The notes under the pieces are model-generated. The model made no database searches, was not told where the DNA came from, and was given only the letters and a program-made list of their open reading frames with translations. Position numbers and translations under genes: made by a program. Source: Octopus sinensis (Eukaryota). From it: DNA of 64,000 nucleotides. Position 1 is the stretch's first letter. Every line of letters begins with the position of its first letter. Below, one piece after another: positions 26,286-40,760 of this stretch. The stretch covers positions 165,416,001 through 165,480,000 of the forward strand of contig NC_042998.1 in the NCBI RefSeq assembly GCF_006345805.1. Reading direction: 5' to 3'.

Positions 26286-28007
26286 TATAAATATGTATAT
26301 TGTTTCTAAATATTAAAAATGTGGTTATTGTTACAAAGCAAGTTTAAGGAAACATCGGTAGATTTACCTACGAAATAATTCTAGACAGAGAGTAGTCAAA
26401 TTTGCTGTCAAATATACGGGTCATCAGGTTTAGTCTATCGACTTGTTCAACAGAATTAGTCTTCTTCACTTTATTGCGTTCGAAAAGAAAAAAAGTAGAG
26501 TATATTTGCATCCAGTTAAATTTCAACTTTGGGTTAACTAAATTAAATTTATCTTTAACTTTTTACAATGGCGGAATGGAAATGAGGTTCAGTTTACAAA
26601 TATGAGATCGCGAGTTCTAAGTGATTGCCTGACATAGCATCTTGGGCAAATATGTACCATAGAACCTCGGTTTCACTCAATCCCTGTTGGTGACGTCAGC
26701 TCTATGAAGACTGTATGGAGAGATTCTGCTTGTAGTCTAAACATGTATTCATATTACATACTGTACCACGCTCATTCTGTGTCAGAATTATATTAGAGAT
26801 CAAATGTTAGTGGAATACTCACCCACTAGTACTTTCCTTCAATGATAAAATACACTCGTGGATCAGAGAACTGATGTGCATATAATCAAAACTGACAAAG
26901 AACTACTTGGTTGTTACTTACTTCAGCTGCCTGCGAACGTGTGTGTGTGTGTGTGTGTGGCTGTGTGTGTGTGTGTGTGCGTTCATGTATGTGTGTGTGT
27001 GTGTGTATGTGTGTTTTAGGTGTGTGTGTGTAGTATTATACTTAGAACCAATGCACTTTCGGAATTTTTCGACACCGGTCCAGTACTCCAAGTCACTCCA
27101 AATCTTTGTTATAAAAAGTGTGTGTAAAAGAAGTAATGATAGGGTCGCTTGTTATGGCTTGGTGTCGTATAACATATCATAATAAATCCAGACCCAATAT
27201 TGATGCTTTGAATTCATTTAATACACATATTTCAGACCAGTAAAACAATTTATCAATCACTTACGTATCATCTTCTTCAGTTCAGATCTCTACATACATG
27301 TGGGCGCGCGTGTGCATGCACATATGAGGGGAGACGCAAGCATGGCTAAACAATTAACTATGTCACATTGTACCCATGCTGTCTCGATCCTATTGTGCAG
27401 CGTCTTCAGTCATTGCATCTAATACAGCCTTCTCGGCTCAGCCTAAGACTTGTAAGTAAAGTTAAACAAACAGAAATTGTGTCAAAGCCTGCTGAAAGAG
27501 TTGATTCTATTGAGAATAGCATTATGAGTACTAGTGTCTGTGGAATACTCAACTACTTAGCACACTGATTTAATGAGTAGATGTCATATTGATGGAGCAA
27601 TCGGAGGTTAACAAATCGAACAAAATATGAGGGCCTATCATATATAGAATTGTATTTACGTACATACATATATGTATGTATGTACGTATATTCACACAAA
27701 GATACACACACACCACACACACACTCACACAATACTCACCCACAGCATTATCAGCGCCAAGCATCATATAGGCATAAGCGAATTTTAGGTTACTTAAAAG
27801 ATTTGTGGCATATTTCAGCTTCCAATGGAAAATTCATTGCAGTTACCGTGGAGAAAAGATTCTCTCTTAGGGTAAAAAGTGTAAAACACCATATTTGTCC
27901 AGTGCTACCCATATATATGGTTATGTAGTTCAACTTAAAATTATATTTTACCGCAAATAACCAGTTCCAGGTATTTAGAACGCCATGAGGATTCCTGCAT
28001 TATACTT

Positions 28008-28295
28008 TTTTCTTCTATTCTCCTTTATTTGTTTCAGTCATCTGACTGCGGCCATACTAGAGCATCGCCTTTAGTCGAGCAAATCGACCCTTAGACTTAT
28101 TCTTTGTAAGCCTAGTATTTATTCTATCGGCCTCTTTTGTCGAACCGCTAATTTACGGAAAGGTAAATACACTAGCATTGTCAAGCGGTAGTCGGGGTAC
28201 AAACGTGCCCAAGGTGCTAGGTAGTGGGATCAAGCCCAAAAACTATGTTGTTGGGAGGCAAGCCTCTTACCACACGGTCACTCCTGCGCCTATAT
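28008..28295 (-). mobile_element. SINE S1 internally deleted copy
   Basis: ttcagtcatctgactgcggccatactagagc...cccaaggtg...cactcctgcgcctata. Confidence 0.8.
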
Positions 28296-29346
28296 CGAAA
28301 GAAAAACTATGCGGAAACTTCGTTTTATTGTCTTAACTTCCTTTACATATTTTCTCCAGTTGGATAAGTTCATAGAATTCATATAGAATTAATTTTTTCA
28401 TGTATCAAACGTTCTTGATTTTCTTAGCTTCATATATAATATATATATATATATAAGCACATACATGCACATACACACACATATATACGTGTGTGTGAGT
28501 ATATATTCACATAATATCGAAAGCACAATGCACACACGTTGATTACGGATGTAACAACCACACATATATTTACAGTTATGTATAGGTATGTGCGAGCGCA
28601 TATGGTATGTGTGCATAAAATAAATAGAGAGAAACAACGAAAGCAAGAAATTATGTCCTAAGTTCTATTTCTGATATAAATTTAATACGTATGTGATGAG
28701 GTGTCTTCAATAAAGGATTACAGATGTGAAAAAAGCTCAAAAAGTTAATGGATAACTTATCAAAACTCTGGGCAGCATCGATAACTCTGACAGGATACAA
28801 CGAAGCTTGTTTTAGAAAATCTTGTCTTAATAATACAGGATAACGATTTAAAAATTTATTTTCCTATAAAGTTAAATGAAGTTTAGATGAATATATCTTG
28901 GTTCAAATATATATATATATATATATATATATAGATGTGTTTGTTTGTGTGTGTATGTTTGTAGGTATGTATATATATATGTATTTGTATCATTATTTCG
29001 TATTGCTCACTGGAAAAATATTTGCTGGGAAAAGTATTATTTGTGTATTGTCAGTTTACCTTTCTATTAAAATGTACTTTCTGTTGTTGCCTGAAAAATT
29101 GATTCCACACTATAAAGAGAAGTGATGTGACATGTCGAGGAACAACCTATCTAGCTCTCAATATACATCTAATACATCTAAATATATGTACATACCTATA
29201 TGTATGTACGCATGTGTGAAAATATATATAATATATATATATATATTATGTATATATAATATATATAATATACACATATATATACATAGATATATATGTA
29301 TGTATTTATATATATGTATATTATTTGTGTGAGTAGATATATATAG

Positions 29347-29395
<49 letters not shown>

Positions 29396-29568
29396 TATAT
29401 ATAATATATATATAAATATGTATACATATAGAATAGGTGTGTGTATGAACTTGTACCGTGCATGTGTGTATATGCATGCAAAACATTAGTCCTGTTTTCA
29501 TATTTCTCTTGTCTATGGCATAATGCACCACACCACACCACACACACATCACACACACACACCACACA

Positions 29569-29620
<52 letters not shown>

Positions 29621-30128
29621 TTATACTCATATTTGTATGTGCGGGTGCATTTGTAAGTCTATATCAATGAGTTTATTTTTAAATTTTTTGATTTTTCCTT
29701 TTTTTTGCTACAAATACCATTCATATTTTACAGTTTGAAAAGTTATATTTTATTTCTTTTGTGCATCATAATTCCTTTTCTGTAATTCGAAGATTCTATA
29801 TAAGATTTTCAAACCACCTCTCCCCACTTCCCCCCTGCTCCCCTCATTTCATTCTTTCGACATTATTGGATCCCTTCACCTGAATATAATCATGATATTC
29901 CGTCATGCAATATACGTACGTTGTATAAGTTTTGTTTTTATATTATATATTGTTTCTATCATTTCATTAAAGTTGGCTATTTTAAAGAATGTTGGTTTTG
30001 ATAGAATTACATTAACTATAGAAAAATATTATGTATTCTTAATGTACTTACTTTTGGATGTTACGAATTGCAGTAGTTGAATTATTATTGCTCTGTACCG
30101 TCACTACTTTTTCCATATATATATATAG

Positions 30129-30161
<33 letters not shown>

Positions 30162-30455
30162 CTAATCTTATATTGAATTTAGATAATATATATACGCATT
30201 TAAATATCTATATAAATAATTGGTGTATATATTTATATATATATATATCACATATATATTTATATGTATAAACTTATATATTTTCACATAATATATAGTA
30301 TATATATGATATATATATAAAACAGATTATACATATATAATACATTCTATTAATATATATTATATATATATATAGATAGATAGATAGATTTATATATTAT
30401 GGGATACATGCATACATTTGTATACATATACGTATATATAAATTTATAGGTATGT

Positions 30456-30511
<56 letters not shown>

Positions 30512-31269
30512 CTGTGTGTGCATTTGTAAGTATGTATAATGTCATGCAGTAAAACGACATACATTTCAGTAAGTTTTATAATTACTAAATATATGATATT
30601 CCGTTAAGTAATACGTTGTATTACGTCTTATAGCAGGTGCATAGCATACAGGGCTATATATATACGTTTATATACATTAAACTCTGGCGTATTTTACAGG
30701 AAATCCGTTATATCTCATTGTTCGTTTAATAATTGCATACCTTGAAACCAAAGTGATGAGCCCATTATCCAGTTGTCCGACCACCTAGAAATAGCAACCA
30801 AATTCCATTACAGATCATAATACCATTTAAAGTATTAATCGTTCTCATAGGACAATACAGTACTCGATAAGGCCGATTTTTATGTGAAATTTGTAGTAGG
30901 GTTTTTCTCTTGTTCGGTCAACTGTTTGGTCAACATGACACAATTGTGTCAATGTCAGACATTTGAAGACGAGATTATATATTATCCAATCTTCCAAATT
31001 CACTTACGAGATTATCAGTAATCCGATACTATTGTAGACGCATGCACTTGTTCCAGATATCCTGCAGTGAGATCAACTGTAGTGCTGCTCATGGTCACGA
31101 AGAAAATTTCTTGACCCCCTCAGTTATGCCTGCCTTAGCGAGTACAAGGTATAGAAAAATACTGATTGGTCATTCAAGTACAGAACATCTTGGTTTGTAA
31201 TTTTACTCAGTCAAGATTTACCTCGAGCTAAACTACAACAATAATAATCTGAAAGTGCATTGTAACTTT

Positions 31270-31439
31270 GGTTGTGTGGTAAGTAGCTTGCTTACCAACC
31301 ACATGGTTCCGGGTTCAGTCCCACTGCGTGCCACATTGGATAAGCGTCTTCTACTATAGCCTCGGGCCGACCAAAGACTTGTGAGTGGATTTGGTTGACG
31401 GAAACTGATGGAAACCCGTCTAGATATATAATTACATAA

Positions 31440-31472
<33 letters not shown>

Positions 31473-31480
31473 ATAATATC

Positions 31481-31520
<40 letters not shown>

Positions 31521-31774
31521 GTGTGTGTGTATGTGTGTGTGTTTGTGTGTGTGTGTGTGTCTGTGTCTGTGTTTGTCACTACCCCAACATCGCTTGACAA
31601 CCGATGCTGGTTTGTTTACGTCCCCGTAACTTAGCAGTTCGGCAAAAGAGATCGATAGAATAAGTACTAGGCTTACAAAGAATAAATCCTGGGGTCGATT
31701 TTCTCGATTAAACGCGGTGTTACAATATGGCCGCAGTCAAATGACTGAAACAAGTAAAAGAGTAAAAGAGTAAA
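31270..31774 (+). mobile_element. SINE S1 near full-length copy
   Basis: Head gtgtggtaagtagcttgc...gggttcagtccc, internal TA/TG tract, 3' module, tail (GTAAAAGA)n. Confidence 0.92.
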
Positions 31775-32057
31775 TATATTAAGTTAATGAAGTAATTTTA
31801 TAACATTTGCATTGTTAGGGTCAAACCTGTTCAACTCCTGCCCGTCGTAGATCTTCGATTCACTAGACTTATGTTCAAAAACTTTCCAGCCATGCCCATC
31901 CTGATGTTCCTTTTCACTCATAGTATATCGCTAATTATACTATCCTGTGCGCATTTTATTTGTATACGGCCGTCAGATATGATTTGAAGGAGATTTAGCT
32001 ACTATTTATAGCAGATCGAGAGACTATCTAGATGGCCTGCCTCGTTGATTCGCATTG

Positions 32058-32157
32058 NNNNNNNNNNNNNNNNNNNNNNNNNNNNNNNNNNNNNNNNNNN
32101 NNNNNNNNNNNNNNNNNNNNNNNNNNNNNNNNNNNNNNNNNNNNNNNNNNNNNNNNN
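32058..32157. other. Assembly gap (100 N)
   Basis: Exactly 100 N, typical of an unsized scaffold join; adjacency across it is uncertain. Confidence 0.99.
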
Positions 32158-32244
32158 CTCTCTCACACACACAACACACACACACACACACATACACACA
32201 CAAACAAACACACAAACATACACACATACCGAATGTAAGGAGGG

Positions 32245-32960
32245 TGGTAATCTTTATGAAGTCCAGACTAGTGGTAGTTCTGTCATATTTATTCAAACTG
32301 ATTTTCAGTCCGAAGAACTTTACTCCCTCTGCAAACTGGAAAATCATAAACTACAAGAATAATTCTGTATGGAGAGCAAGTGCAGCTTCATCGTCCCATT
32401 GCAGCTCCTGAATAAATTATTTCACTATCTTAGTGTGGAACTGCAGTTACCTTGACGTGATTTGGTAGTCTTTGATGAGGTATCAGATCTAAAACGCTAC
32501 CATCGCATCAAGGCTTTCTTTGAAGCATCATACTGAAAATGAGATAAATTAAGCACGAAAACGCAGACCACTTCGTACAGTTTCATATTATAAAGGGCTT
32601 TGAGTGTTCATTGTTGATTCTGATTTGGCTCTCTGATCGTCATGTTACTAAATGACCATATTGAAGAATTATGAAAGGCTTCCCAATCATTCTCTGGTTT
32701 TCCACAGACCGTTACTGATCACAGTGACGAACGCCTTCATAAGGCTTATAGATATCACGCATATTTCTCTTGGAGCTTCTAGAGAACAAATACCATTCAG
32801 TGATGCTCTTGATGGCCCTGAAGCCACATTAGTTCTCAGGGAGTGTTCTTCTGCAATGATAACCATCAGTATGCTTTAGAGGATTTTTCCTAAAATATAA
32901 AGATATCTCCTGTAGTTGGAGCATAACATGCTTTCCAAGATCAGCAGCTCATCGCAACCC
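32245..32960 (-). mobile_element. RTE-clade LINE reverse transcriptase remnant, heavily decayed
   Basis: LPEN*CGFRA (cf. LPESQCGFR), KAFVTV..GLWK, QIRINNEHSKPF, FSMMLQ, DEAALALHTE, FAEGVKFFGLKISLNK (cf. FGLTISLKKT). Confidence 0.85.
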
Positions 32961-33546
32961 ACAACTATAAGGCGGGAAAGAAATTTGCTTAGGTGATACA
33001 AACCGAGTTTTTTTATGACGATTTTCAAAGTGTTTTCATTACACCCCCACGAAAAGAAAAGCAATTTAGGGGCTGAACTTGCACCACCCTGCACCCCCTT
33101 GCAGCCCCTGAACCCCTGCACCCCTACACCCATACACCACCTGTTTCCGAGCCAATGCCCACAACATAACTGGATGAACTCTTAAGTTGGTGACGTTCCC
33201 ACCCACTTAGATAATAGATGGTTAAAGCAATTAGACTTTTCCTTCTTGTTCTTGTACGTAGTAATGTTGACTACATCTCAGCGGTCCTATTGATTAATAA
33301 TTCATGAAGCTTGATGTGCTGTGTTGGAGACTATTCCTCCGATATTTTCTGAAGCGATTCATTCAACTAGTGCTACTTCCCACTTTTCTAACCTTGACAA
33401 CCTCATGTATGATTGGAATGTTTTCTCCAATTGTTGAGCAATGTGAAGAACTGTTCTTACAGCTTTATTCTGCGTTTGAAAATAAATTTTCGAATGGCCG
33501 TATATGAATGGCCGTATGTACCTATTTATATCCAACTATTTTTTAT

Positions 33547-33586
33547 ACTAGCAGAAAGACTGCCCTCCGGGCGGTTTTCTGTTAGT
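33547..33586. repeat. 40-nt near-perfect hairpin
   Basis: actagcagaaa(g)actgccc-tcc-gggcggttttctgttagt: 18 pairs including 2 G.T, one bulge, 3-nt loop. Confidence 0.9.
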
Positions 33587-36377
33587 CAAACCTTGAGTGT
33601 GTGTATGTGTGTTTATATTACAGAGACAGTGCGTATGTTTATATTACAGAAAGTGTGTGGGGGGAGAACATTGCAAACAATGAATGAAATAAACATGAAA
33701 TGAAAAAATCGCATAAATAAAAGCTCGTTAAAAAATATCTCCATTCTTTGAGTTGAACCCTCAAAAATGCCAAAATGAACAGCTGGTTTTGTTTGTTAAT
33801 GTCTGCAATTTTTTTATATTTATTTACTTTTGTTTTATAATGAGAGAGAAGAGTAAATCGAAAATGTATGTCCGTGTATATGAAATGGACGTGTGTGTGT
33901 GTGAGAGAGAGAGAGTGAGTGCCATTTAGACATCACCTATCTCTCTCTCTCTTACTGTCTCACACACGTACATGCACACATACATACGAAAACGATGTAT
34001 GCTCACTCTCTCTCTCTCTCTCTCTATCACACACACGCACATACACACATGCATAAATTTATACACACGTACATACAAAAACACATGTGTGCCTGTGCGA
34101 CTGACTATACGTAGAGTTGAACACGCACAATAAATAAATAAATAAATAAATAAAATTAACGAAGTGTGCTGATTCAAGCGAAAGAACGCCAAACTATCTT
34201 GTACCGAATATTTAAATTTCTGAACTTGAAATATTCAATAATAAAAAGAAATTCAGAAAGTAAATTTTCCTGAAAACTTCAATTAATAAAAAATCTCACT
34301 CGCTTAGTAAATATTTCTTTCAATAATTTATCGTAGTTAGAAACTTCAAGGAAACCCATGCACGTTTAGCGTACAAGAAATAGCAGCGATCACATTGTTA
34401 TTATTGTAGGACTTATAGCGTTCCAAACAGCCATACCAACAAAATCACTTCTTTTTTTTTTTTTAATTATACCTGTATATTATATCATGGAAGACTCAAA
34501 GTTATACAGCTATTTTGTCTAATAGCATTCATTCAATCAATAAATTTTTTTATATTATGTATTTAGAATAAACTGTGGATTTTACTATTAGAGAATTAAA
34601 AGTTGAAATGAAAACAAACATTGAAATGAATATATATTTTAATATATATCATTAATGAAAACAGAGGTTAGAGAGAGTGAGAGACTGTTGCAAATGAAAA
34701 CGGAAAACTTTGCCTGCAACGAGTCAAAATCTACTCCGCAGTGAATGCAACGAATATTTAAATTAGTGAAAAACATCTAGTTCAAATATTCAATAAAGTT
34801 CAGAAATCGAAATTACAGGAAATCTCATGCCTTTAATGATTGCTTTCTTTTAGTAACAGCTACATACCTAATTAATAAGCAGCTTTCTCGATTATAATAA
34901 AGAAGAAGGTGCACTATCATGGCTATATACAAGTTTTGAATTTGTATACCAGAGTAAATTCTCTAGAATTCGAGCACAGTGAAATAAATTAAGATTTTAT
35001 TTATTTTATTGATCCCAGAAAAAGAAAACAATTGCAAAGTTAAGTGAAGTGAAATTTTAACTAGATCTGAACCACAGAGATATTTATAGCAAACTGAGGC
35101 TGATCTGAATCAGCATTTGTTTTGAGATTTTCTGAGATTAAATATCCCTATATGTAGTGAACAACCCAGAATTTAAGAGAAATATTGTTTAGACCACCCC
35201 CAGTTAGCGGTGTTTTGGTGTTCATGCATTTCCAAACAAATTAGTTCCAAAAATGTGGTAAAATAGTTGCAACTGAGACACGAAACACATTCAGGAATCA
35301 ATTCACCGAGTGTTTTACTTCTTAATGCGTGGTGAAATCTGCACAGCTCGATCGATACTTATCATTGACTATTTAATTGATGATGTGATTACTAAGTACT
35401 CAACAGAGTAAATGGATTGTATATATACAACTTGATAAATTCGATCCAGCTGTTGATGTTACATGAAATTGCAACAAGACAAACGAATCAAACAGCAGAA
35501 TCTTAGAATTTATAGATGGCAATAAATTTATTTCTGCTGTATTGTTTGCTTCAATAATACGACAGTTGTTACTATAGTATCCCACTCACCCTATCTTGAC
35601 AATTATTTAATTATAGCTCCTTACATACTCAGACAAATTATCGAAGCCTTCATGTTGAGACCATCTACTCTTTATTTTCTCAGGCACATTGTCTCGGTCT
35701 GCATTATTCGAAGCATACTTTATTTTATGGTAATTAATGTGTGTTTTCAATGAGATTTGTCTGCTATTTCTAGCAAGCTAATTAACCACGTAGAGGTTTC
35801 GTCACAAAAAAAAGAATCGTGAGAAGTTTCTGTCCTGCATGGTTTAGCTGATGGGTTTAGCAATGTGAATGATAAATAGAGACGAGTGTAAAACCGGAAT
35901 AGTGTCAAGGAGTAGATTTTCAGAAACATACCCCTTGAAAAGAATTAAGAAAACATATGTAGTGAGCATTACTTTTCCAAGCCTTCTTAGACCGATGAGA
36001 CTGACGCCATTAATGTTCCTCTTGAACATTTGTCAGTCAAAACCAGCAGGAAATGTATTAGCAGCAAGGGTAGCCCTGAGGGCTGATGGCCTAGGCACGG
36101 AGAACTAGGGATCACAGACTAGAGCAGGGCGTAGATTCATATGTATGTACGCATATACGTACGCGCATATACTTTTTCAAGATAGGGTGACAGTAACTCC
36201 GAAGTTAAGGCCTGCTAGCCTTCGTTGCACTATACGTCGAATGCTAAGCAGGCCAAAATTTCGAAGTCGCTGCCATCTCTCCTCTTGTAAAAGTATACCA
36301 AACATATACTCTACAAATATTTTTGAGTACTCCATTAGTTTGATGTGAAATTGTTTAATTATAACACGACTTAAAAG

Positions 36378-37365
36378 CGGCGATCTGGCAGAATCGTTAG
36401 CACTCCGGGCGAAATGCTTAGCGGTATTTTGTCTGCGTTACGTTGTGAGTTCAACTTCCGCCGAGGTCGACTTTGCCTTTCATCCTTTCGGGATCGATAA
36501 ATTAAGTACCAGTTACGCACTGGGGTCGATGTAATCGTCTTAATACCTATGTCTGTCCTTGTTTGTCCCCTCTGTGTTTAGCCCCTTGTGGGTAATAAAG
36601 AAATAGGTATTTCGTCTGTCTTTACGTTCTGAGTTCAAATTCCGCCGAGGTCGACTTTACCTTTCATCCTTTCGGGGTCGATAAATTAAGTACCAGTTAC
36701 ACACTGGGGTCGATATAATCGACTTAGTCCGTTTGTTTGTCCTTATTTGTCTTCTCTGTGTTTAACCCCTTGTGGGTAGTAAAGAAATAGGTATTTCGTC
36801 TGTCTTTATGTTCTGAGTTGAAATTCCACCGAGGTCGATTTTGCCTTTCATCCTTTCGGGGTCAATAAATTAAGTACTATTTGACTTGCCCCTCCCCAAA
36901 AATTTCGGTCCTTGTGCCTAGAGTAGAAAATAATCGTTAGCACACCGGGCAAAATGCTTAGCGGCATTTCGTCTTTTACGTTGAAAGTTCAAATTCCACT
37001 GAGGTCGACTATGCCTTTACACCCTTTCGGGTCGATAAAATAAATGCTGTTTAAATACTGGAATCGATGTAATCGACTTACACCTCCCACAAAATTTCAG
37101 GCTTATAATAGAAATGATTATAACTCGACATGATACGGCGAGCTAGCTGAATCGTTTGCACATCGGGCAAAATATTTAGCGCCCTTTCTTTGTTTCAACT
37201 CCTTACGCTCTGAGTTTGAATTATGTCGACGTCAAATTTGCATTTCATCTTTTCGGGGTTTGATAAAATAAGTACCTGTAATTAACTGAGGTTGATGTAA
37301 TCAACGTCCCTACACTACTCAGAATTGCTGACCTTGTGCCAAAAATTAGAAAGAATTATAACTCG
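36378..37365 (+). mobile_element. S2 SINE cluster: one element with three internal ~184-bp units followed by two monomers
   Basis: ggtatt junction at 36423, 36606 and 36790; further heads at ~36932 and ~37137. Confidence 0.9.
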
Positions 37366-38095
37366 TATAAAGACAAAATTTATATACGTACGCATTTACA
37401 CACATACACACACACACACACACCACACATACACCCCCATATATGTGTGTGTGTGTGTATGAATATATATATAGTAGACACATATGTATACCATGTCTAT
37501 ACACACACACATATAAATACATACATATATACGTGTGTGTGTGTTCGTGTGTGTGTGTGTGTGTGTGTATTTACATTCATACATCTACGAAAATACAATC
37601 TGATAAAAATACAAATACGTGAAATACAAGCAGCATATAGAATATATGTATATATATATACAGTTACATACACATACATATACAGACGCTAACACACACA
37701 CACATGCATATTACATATACTAAACAAACAAACGCGCACATATACAAATAGATGCTTTTGTTACCCAAACGCCTCTCTGATTTCCTTCTTTTCTTATAAA
37801 TTTGATGAATAAATTATATTTATATTGCAATATCTAAATTCCTCCGTCATGATGTTGCAGCTGATGAATAGTTTGTATAACAGTTATTTAAATGCAGCAC
37901 GAAAACAACAAAAAAACAAAACTTATTTCTGGAATAAGGGAACAATTGATTTAAGTATCTTATTTACTTTTGTTGTTTCGGTATATGTACACACGCACGC
38001 ACAGACACACATGTATATTATGTATATGAAAGTATGTATGTGTGTGTATACATATATATATATATGTGTGTGCATGTATGCATGCATGTATGTAA

Positions 38096-38178
<83 letters not shown>

Positions 38179-38298
38179 GATATATATATATATAATATAT
38201 ATATATACGGTTAGATAGATAGATAGAAAAATAGATAGATAGATAGATAGATAGACAGACAGATAGATAGATAGATAGATACATACATACATACATAC

Positions 38299-38347
<49 letters not shown>

Positions 38348-38348
38348 C

Positions 38349-38446
<98 letters not shown>

Positions 38447-39334
38447 TTACGAATGGCAGATCTTACATACATACATACAACACATAATTTTCTGTATTAG
38501 CTGTGTTGAGTTTTTTTTTTTTTCTTATAATAATTCATATGAGATTAAAAATCATTTCATCACATTCGCCAACGAGTTGGAAAGGATAGGAATGATTCGA
38601 GTCTAGACGGTATAAGCCGTGTAGATTGACAACAAGTCGAAATAAGTTTGCTGGACGATGAGGCACAAAACGCCTCATTTTGATACTTTTTGAAGTATCT
38701 ACGACCTACGGAAAAACAGACGTTTTGGTACAGAATTTTTCTTCGGTGTGAAATTAACAATAAAGACATTGATGGGTGTTTTACATCCTCTAATTAACAA
38801 GAAAACTGACTGCGACTGATTAGGAACGCAGGACTACTGGCGCTTCGAACACAAACAGGAAGTGATAGAAGAGAAACAAGATGAGAAGGAAAGCGTTATG
38901 TGATCAAGAGTCGTGAGGATAAATGAGAGATGAGAGGAGAGTTGAAGGATAAGTAAACGTGTAGCAATAGGAAGAAAGACGTTCATTTAAACCTGTGGAT
39001 GTCATGACACCAAATTCGAATACGAAGCGTTGTGAGAAATATAGAAACTTTGAGCTTTTATTCAAGAAGAAAACCAGCTTAAGTGTATCTATGACTATTC
39101 AAAATTATAAAGAATAGAACAATTAGTCATCAATGAAGGATATGGTGGGCCTTCTACTCCGTTCTCCATAGGGACAAAATTATCTTCACAATGCTTATTG
39201 TGAGTGATGTGGGGAGTGATAGCAAATGATGTCGCTGCAGAGAAGAATCGAACGACGCACAGATTTCGTATTAATTAATTACAGCCTGCACGTAATATTA
39301 ACGTGTAAGTGGCTGGGAAACCACTGACACACGT

Positions 39335-39565
39335 ACCCCTAACGTAATTCTCAGGTAGGCTAAGCGTGACACAGAATGTGACAAGACTGGCCCTTTGAAA
39401 TACAAGTACAGCTCATTTTTGCCTGCTGAGCGGACTGGTGCAACGTGAAATAAAGTGCCTTGCCCGAGAATGCAATGTGCTGCTGCAATGTGCTGCCGGG
39501 TATCGAACTCACGACCTTACAACCGTGAGACGAATACGTTAACCACTAAGCCATGAGCATTCACT
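39335..39565 (-). mobile_element. tRNA-derived SINE (S4-related)
   Basis: Minus strand A box tggcttagtgg, B box gagttcgataccc, and body ggcactttatttcacgttgcaccagtcc shared with S4. Confidence 0.75.
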
Positions 39566-39639
39566 AATATGCAATTCACAAGGGCACAGGTATCGAGATA
39601 TTAAACTTTGATCTAAATCTCACCACTACAACGAGATCC

Positions 39640-40272
39640 CCAATGAACGGACTTGTATGTCCAGGATACTTATTATACGTCATATTCCCTTCTACTATAG
39701 AAACAAGGCCTAAAAGTTTTGTGGGGGTTGGAATAAATCGATTACTTCGACCCTTGTACACCACTGGTACTTATTTTATCGACCTCCAAAAGGATGACAG
39801 GCAAAGTTGACCTCGACGAAATTTGAACTCAGAACTACTGATGGGCGTAATACCTATTTTTTTACTACCCACAAGGGGCTAAACACAGAGATTACAAACA
39901 AGGACAGACAAACGGATTAAGTCGATTATATCGACCCCAGTGCTCAACTGGTACTTATTTTATCGACCTCCGAAAGGATGAAAGGTAAAGTCGACCACGG
40001 CGGAATTTGAATTCAGAACGTAGCGGTATACGAAATACCTATTTCTTTACTACCCACAAGGGGCTAAACACAGAGGGGACAAACAAGGACAGACAAACGG
40101 ATTAAGTCGATTACATCGACCCCAGTGCGTAACTGATACTTAATTTATCGACCTCGAAAGGGATGAAACGCAAAGTCGACCTCGGCGGAATTTGAACTCA
40201 GAACGTAACGGCAGACGAAATACGGCTACGCATTTCGCCCTACGTGCTAACGTTTCTGCCAGCTCGCCGCCT
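39640..40272 (-). mobile_element. S2 SINE with three internal ~185-bp units
   Basis: Head at 40261-40271; junction motif aatacc at ~39850, 40034 and 40219. Confidence 0.9.
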
Positions 40273-40539
40273 TGCTCGCTATACTTTATAATACCGAGTC
40301 AACTATAACCGAAAGGAATAGTCCATCGACAATTCATGCTCGTAAGATTGTAGTTTCGATTCCTGGATCGGGCGACGCTTTTGTCCTTACTTGCTTTCTC
40401 TCTTTACATCAGATTGGACACATTATCAACCAGTGGTTACAGTCTCCCTTATTTTACATACCTTCGTTTATCGGCCCGTATAGTAAAATTCCCATATTGC
40501 TAGAATTGTGTGGAGGCAATTGTCTTAGATGATAGCTGT

Positions 40540-40760
40540 TGAAATTATGATCGTAAGATTGTGGCTTCGATTTATGGACCGAGTGACACGTTATGTTCTT
40601 GAGCAAAATATTTCATTTCACATTGACCGACTCCACTCACCTAGCAAAAATTAGAAATCCTTCGACGGACCGACGTCCTGTCCAGGTGGAGAATGTATAC
40701 GCCATGGAAACGGGGAAACTGGCCCTTAGGAGTCGATTTGACTCGAGAAGGAAACTTACA
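40540..40760 (+). mobile_element. SINE family S4, degraded
   Basis: ttgagcaaaatatttcatttcac...gacggaccgacgtcctgtccagg...gactcgagaaggaaactt. Confidence 0.7.

Noticed and set aside
36423-36790. CRISPR-like or retrozyme interpretation of the 184-bp array
   Set aside because: Units are full-length homologous with no unique spacers and contain no ribozyme core; the context is a eukaryotic SINE.
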